A DNA stretch of 62,141 bases, filler included. It is 5 parts of 5 records of this genome, joined end to end, with 100 filler letters (N's around TTAATTAATTAA, not from the genome) between each part and the next. Parts side by side here need not be neighbours in the genome. Positions count along the whole stretch, not along the records: positions 51,898 to 62,141 come from SRR22947725_1523; 4 more parts are not named here. One strand, written 5' to 3'. Made by a program: the position numbers and the translations under genes. Below are positions 60,027 to 62,141 of this stretch, piece after piece. Every line of letters begins with the position of its first letter. The first letter of the stretch is position 1. The notes below the pieces were generated by a model that saw only the letters and a program-made list of their open reading frames with translations, did no database searches and had not been told where the DNA came from.

Positions 60027-60311
60027 TTATTTTGATCCTTCTTCTTCTATCTCGGCGTCATCTAGAGAAATGATGTTATCCTCTTCATCTGCTTCATCAT
60101 TATTATTCTCAATCTCTGCAAACTCATCCTTTGGTTCTGGCTTAGATTTATGTTGTACAGCTTGTGAAACTTGAACATTGGAAAAATTATCTTCAATCAA
60201 TACTTCACTTTTACACTGAGGGCATGTTAAAGGAGACTCTTTATTAAGGTCATAAAATTTTATTTCACAGTTTCCGCAAACTCTTTTTTTACCAAATTTT
60301 TTGTCAGCCAT
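60027..60311 (-). CDS. FYDLN acid domain protein (TIGR02300-like zinc ribbon)
   Basis: G.KRVCGNC..KFYDLNK.SPLTCPQC followed by an acidic tail; divergent from aroA. Confidence 0.9.
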   Translation of the reverse strand: MADKKFGKKRVCGNCEIKFYDLNKESPLTCPQCKSEVLIEDNFSNVQVSQAVQHKSKPEPKDEFAEIENNNDEADEEDNIISLDDAEIEEEGSK

Positions 60312-60365
60312 TAAATTTTCTTTTTATATATTAGTTTAGTGGGTATATATTGCTCAAACAAAGTA

Positions 60366-62141
60366 ATGGCAATTAAAAAAACTTATAAAATAACCCCAAA
60401 AAATGACATTGGTATCTTTGGTTCTGTCGATTTATCTTCTGACAAAAGTTTATCTATCAGAGCTATATTGTTCGCTAGTATTGCTCATGGTATATCAAAA
60501 ATTTCTATTAGAAACCCTGGTGAAGATGCACTTACAGCGATAACAGCAGTAAAGAAACTTGGAATAAAAATATTCAAAAATAATTGTGATTATACAATTT
60601 ATGGTCTGGGTATTGGATATCCTCAAAACGAAAATAACATTGTAATAGATTGTAGAAATAGCGGCACAACTTTAAGATTGTTAACCCCCATGATTGCTGG
60701 TTCAAAAGTTAATGCCAAAATTATTGGTGATCAAAGTCTATCTAAAAGACCTTATAGACTAGAATTTTTAAAAAATTTTCTAATGAATGTTAGGCCAACT
60801 AACAAAAAATATTTACCTTTAAAAGTAGAGGGCCATGAAAATTGTATTCAATCAAATATCAAAATTGAAAAGCCATCAGCTCAAATGGTGAGTGCTGCAA
60901 CAATTGCAGGAATTTCAAGTTCTGGAAAAACTCTGATCACATGTCCAAATAATGTCAGAGATCACACTACAAGAATTTTAAAATATCTAAATTATCCAAT
61001 AAAAGTTAGTGACAAACAAAATGTTCAGATTATTGAGGTTGCAGGGAAGCAACTTCTAAAGCCATTTGAAAATTATAGCGTGCCCTCTGACCCCTCCTCT
61101 AGCGCTTTTTTAATATCAATTGCAATTTTAACTAAAGGTAGCAAAATTAAAATCAATAATATTTGTTTAAACCCATTTAGAATTGGATTTATTAAAATTT
61201 TAAAAAGGATGGGAGCTAAAATCCTTTTTAGAAATAAACGGAATTACTTTGGTGAACCTGTAGGTGATATTATTGCTTCATATTCTCCAAATTTAAAAGG
61301 TGTAAATATTAAATCAAATGAAGTAGCAGGTATAATTGATGAGATCCCTGTCTTATTGGTTGTTTCACTGTTTTGTAAATCAAAAAGTAATTTCAATAAT
61401 TTAACTGAACTTAAATACAAAGAGTCAGATAGACTAAAAGTAATGCATGAAAATCTAAAATTATGTGGTGCTAAAATTATAAGAAAAAAAGATAATCTTA
61501 TCATTGATGGAATTACTGAAGAATTTTATTCAAGTAAAATTCCAGTTATAAAAAATTTTAAAAAAGATCACAGAATTGCAATGGCTTTCTATGTTCTAGC
61601 GTCAGTTTCAAGAAAAAAAATTCAAATTAATAATTTTGAATGCACAAACGTTTCTTTTCCAAATTTTTTAAAAATAATAAAACAAATTGAAAACAAGAAA
61701 AATAATAAAATAATTGTTGCTTGCGATGGAGGTGTTGCCTCTGGAAAAACTAGTATATTAAAAAAAATTAAGGATCATTATGGTAGAAATTCAGTGTTTA
61801 TAGATTCTGGATTACTGTATCGTTATTTAACTTTGGAACATTTAAATAGTAAAAAAAAATTAATTAACCCGAACAATTTAATTAAACATTTAGAAACAGT
61901 TAATGTTTCTAAATTACAAAATCAAAATTTACATTCTAATGATGTATCAAATAAAGTTTCTGAGATTGCAAAGATTCCGTCTATAAGAAAAGCATTACTT
62001 CCTATCCAAAGAAAACTAATTTTTAGTTGCCCTCAGTCTATAGTTTTGGTTGGTGGACGTGATATTTCTTCTAAAATTTTACCTGCTGGTTTTAGTGATT
62101 TAAAATTATTTATTGATGCTAAAGTTAACATAAGAGCGAAA
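60366..62141 (+). CDS. aroA: EPSP synthase fused in frame to cytidylate kinase (AroA-Cmk), runs off window end
   Basis: Hand translation from ATG 60366: SDKSLSIR, NSGTT, SAQ, RDHT, DPSS, IDEIP, KESDRL, DHRIAM and SFPNF, then with no stop ACDGGVASGKT, DSGLLYR and GRDI. Confidence 0.9.
   Translation, partial: MAIKKTYKITPKNDIGIFGSVDLSSDKSLSIRAILFASIAHGISKISIRNPGEDALTAITAVKKLGIKIFKNNCDYTIYGLGIGYPQNENNIVIDCRNSGTTLRLLTPMIAGSKVNAKIIGDQSLSKRPYRLEFLKNFLMNVRPTNKKYLPLKVEGHENCIQSNIKIEKPSAQMVSAATIAGISSSGKTLITCPNNVRDHTTRILKYLNYPIKVSDKQNVQIIEVAGKQLLKPFENYSVPSDPSSSAFLISIAILTKGSKIKINNICLNPFRIGFIKILKRMGAKILFRNKRNYFGEPVGDIIASYSPNLKGVNIKSNEVAGIIDEIPVLLVVSLFCKSKSNFNNLTELKYKESDRLKVMHENLKLCGAKIIRKKDNLIIDGITEEFYSSKIPVIKNFKKDHRIAMAFYVLASVSRKKIQINNFECTNVSFPNFLKIIKQIENKKNNKIIVACDGGVASGKTSILKKIKDHYGRNSVFIDSGLLYRYLTLEHLNSKKKLINPNNLIKHLETVNVSKLQNQNLHSNDVSNKVSEIAKIPSIRKALLPIQRKLIFSCPQSIVLVGGRDISSKILPAGFSDLKLFIDAKVNIRAK

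Noticed and set aside
60020..60365. tRNA gene next to the FYDLN gene, as often seen in Alphaproteobacteria
   Set aside because: lptB and FYDLN stops abut with no gap, and the upstream 54 bp show no cloverleaf or T-loop motif.
2841..61504. Short antisense or nested ORFs in the track (e.g. 2841-3125, 11304-11618, 15474-15866, 39601-39909, 48947-49276, 61244-61504)
   Set aside because: They lie on or opposite well-supported genes and have no recognisable motifs; they are shadow ORFs.
1..62141. CRISPR arrays, rRNA, riboswitches, IS or prophage genes
   Set aside because: By eye I found no regularly spaced repeats, structured GC-rich intergenic segments, transposases or phage genes. A covariance-model search was not run.

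Overview
This low-GC window is not one chromosome segment. It is five contigs joined by identical 100-nt artificial linkers (44 N + TTAATTAATTAA + 44 N). Contigs 1 (1-10312) and 3 (16410-36661) look like marine Flavobacteriia: TAnnTTTG promoters, a cdaA-folP / DUF1599-DoxX-tpiA-prmA block and a TonB receptor. Contigs 2 (10413-16309) and 4 (36762-51797) look like streamlined Alphaproteobacteria, and contig 5 (51898-62141) looks SAR11-like. Taxonomy is inferred from gene order and motifs, not from a database search. I found no tRNA, rRNA, CRISPR array or mobile element. The most notable items are: (1) an iron locus in which a vitamin-K-dependent gamma-carboxylase-like (HTTM) gene overlaps a TonB-dependent receptor and converges on a FutA-type Fe3+ ABC operon preceded by a Fur-like box; (2) the complete four-gene Lhr/PdeM/exonuclease/ligase repair module, arranged head-to-head around a probable 17-bp bidirectional leaderless promoter; (3) an in-frame AroA-Cmk fusion; (4) an lpt operon lacking lptA, with an N-terminally extended LptB; (5) an uncalled, translationally coupled 45-aa membrane microprotein.
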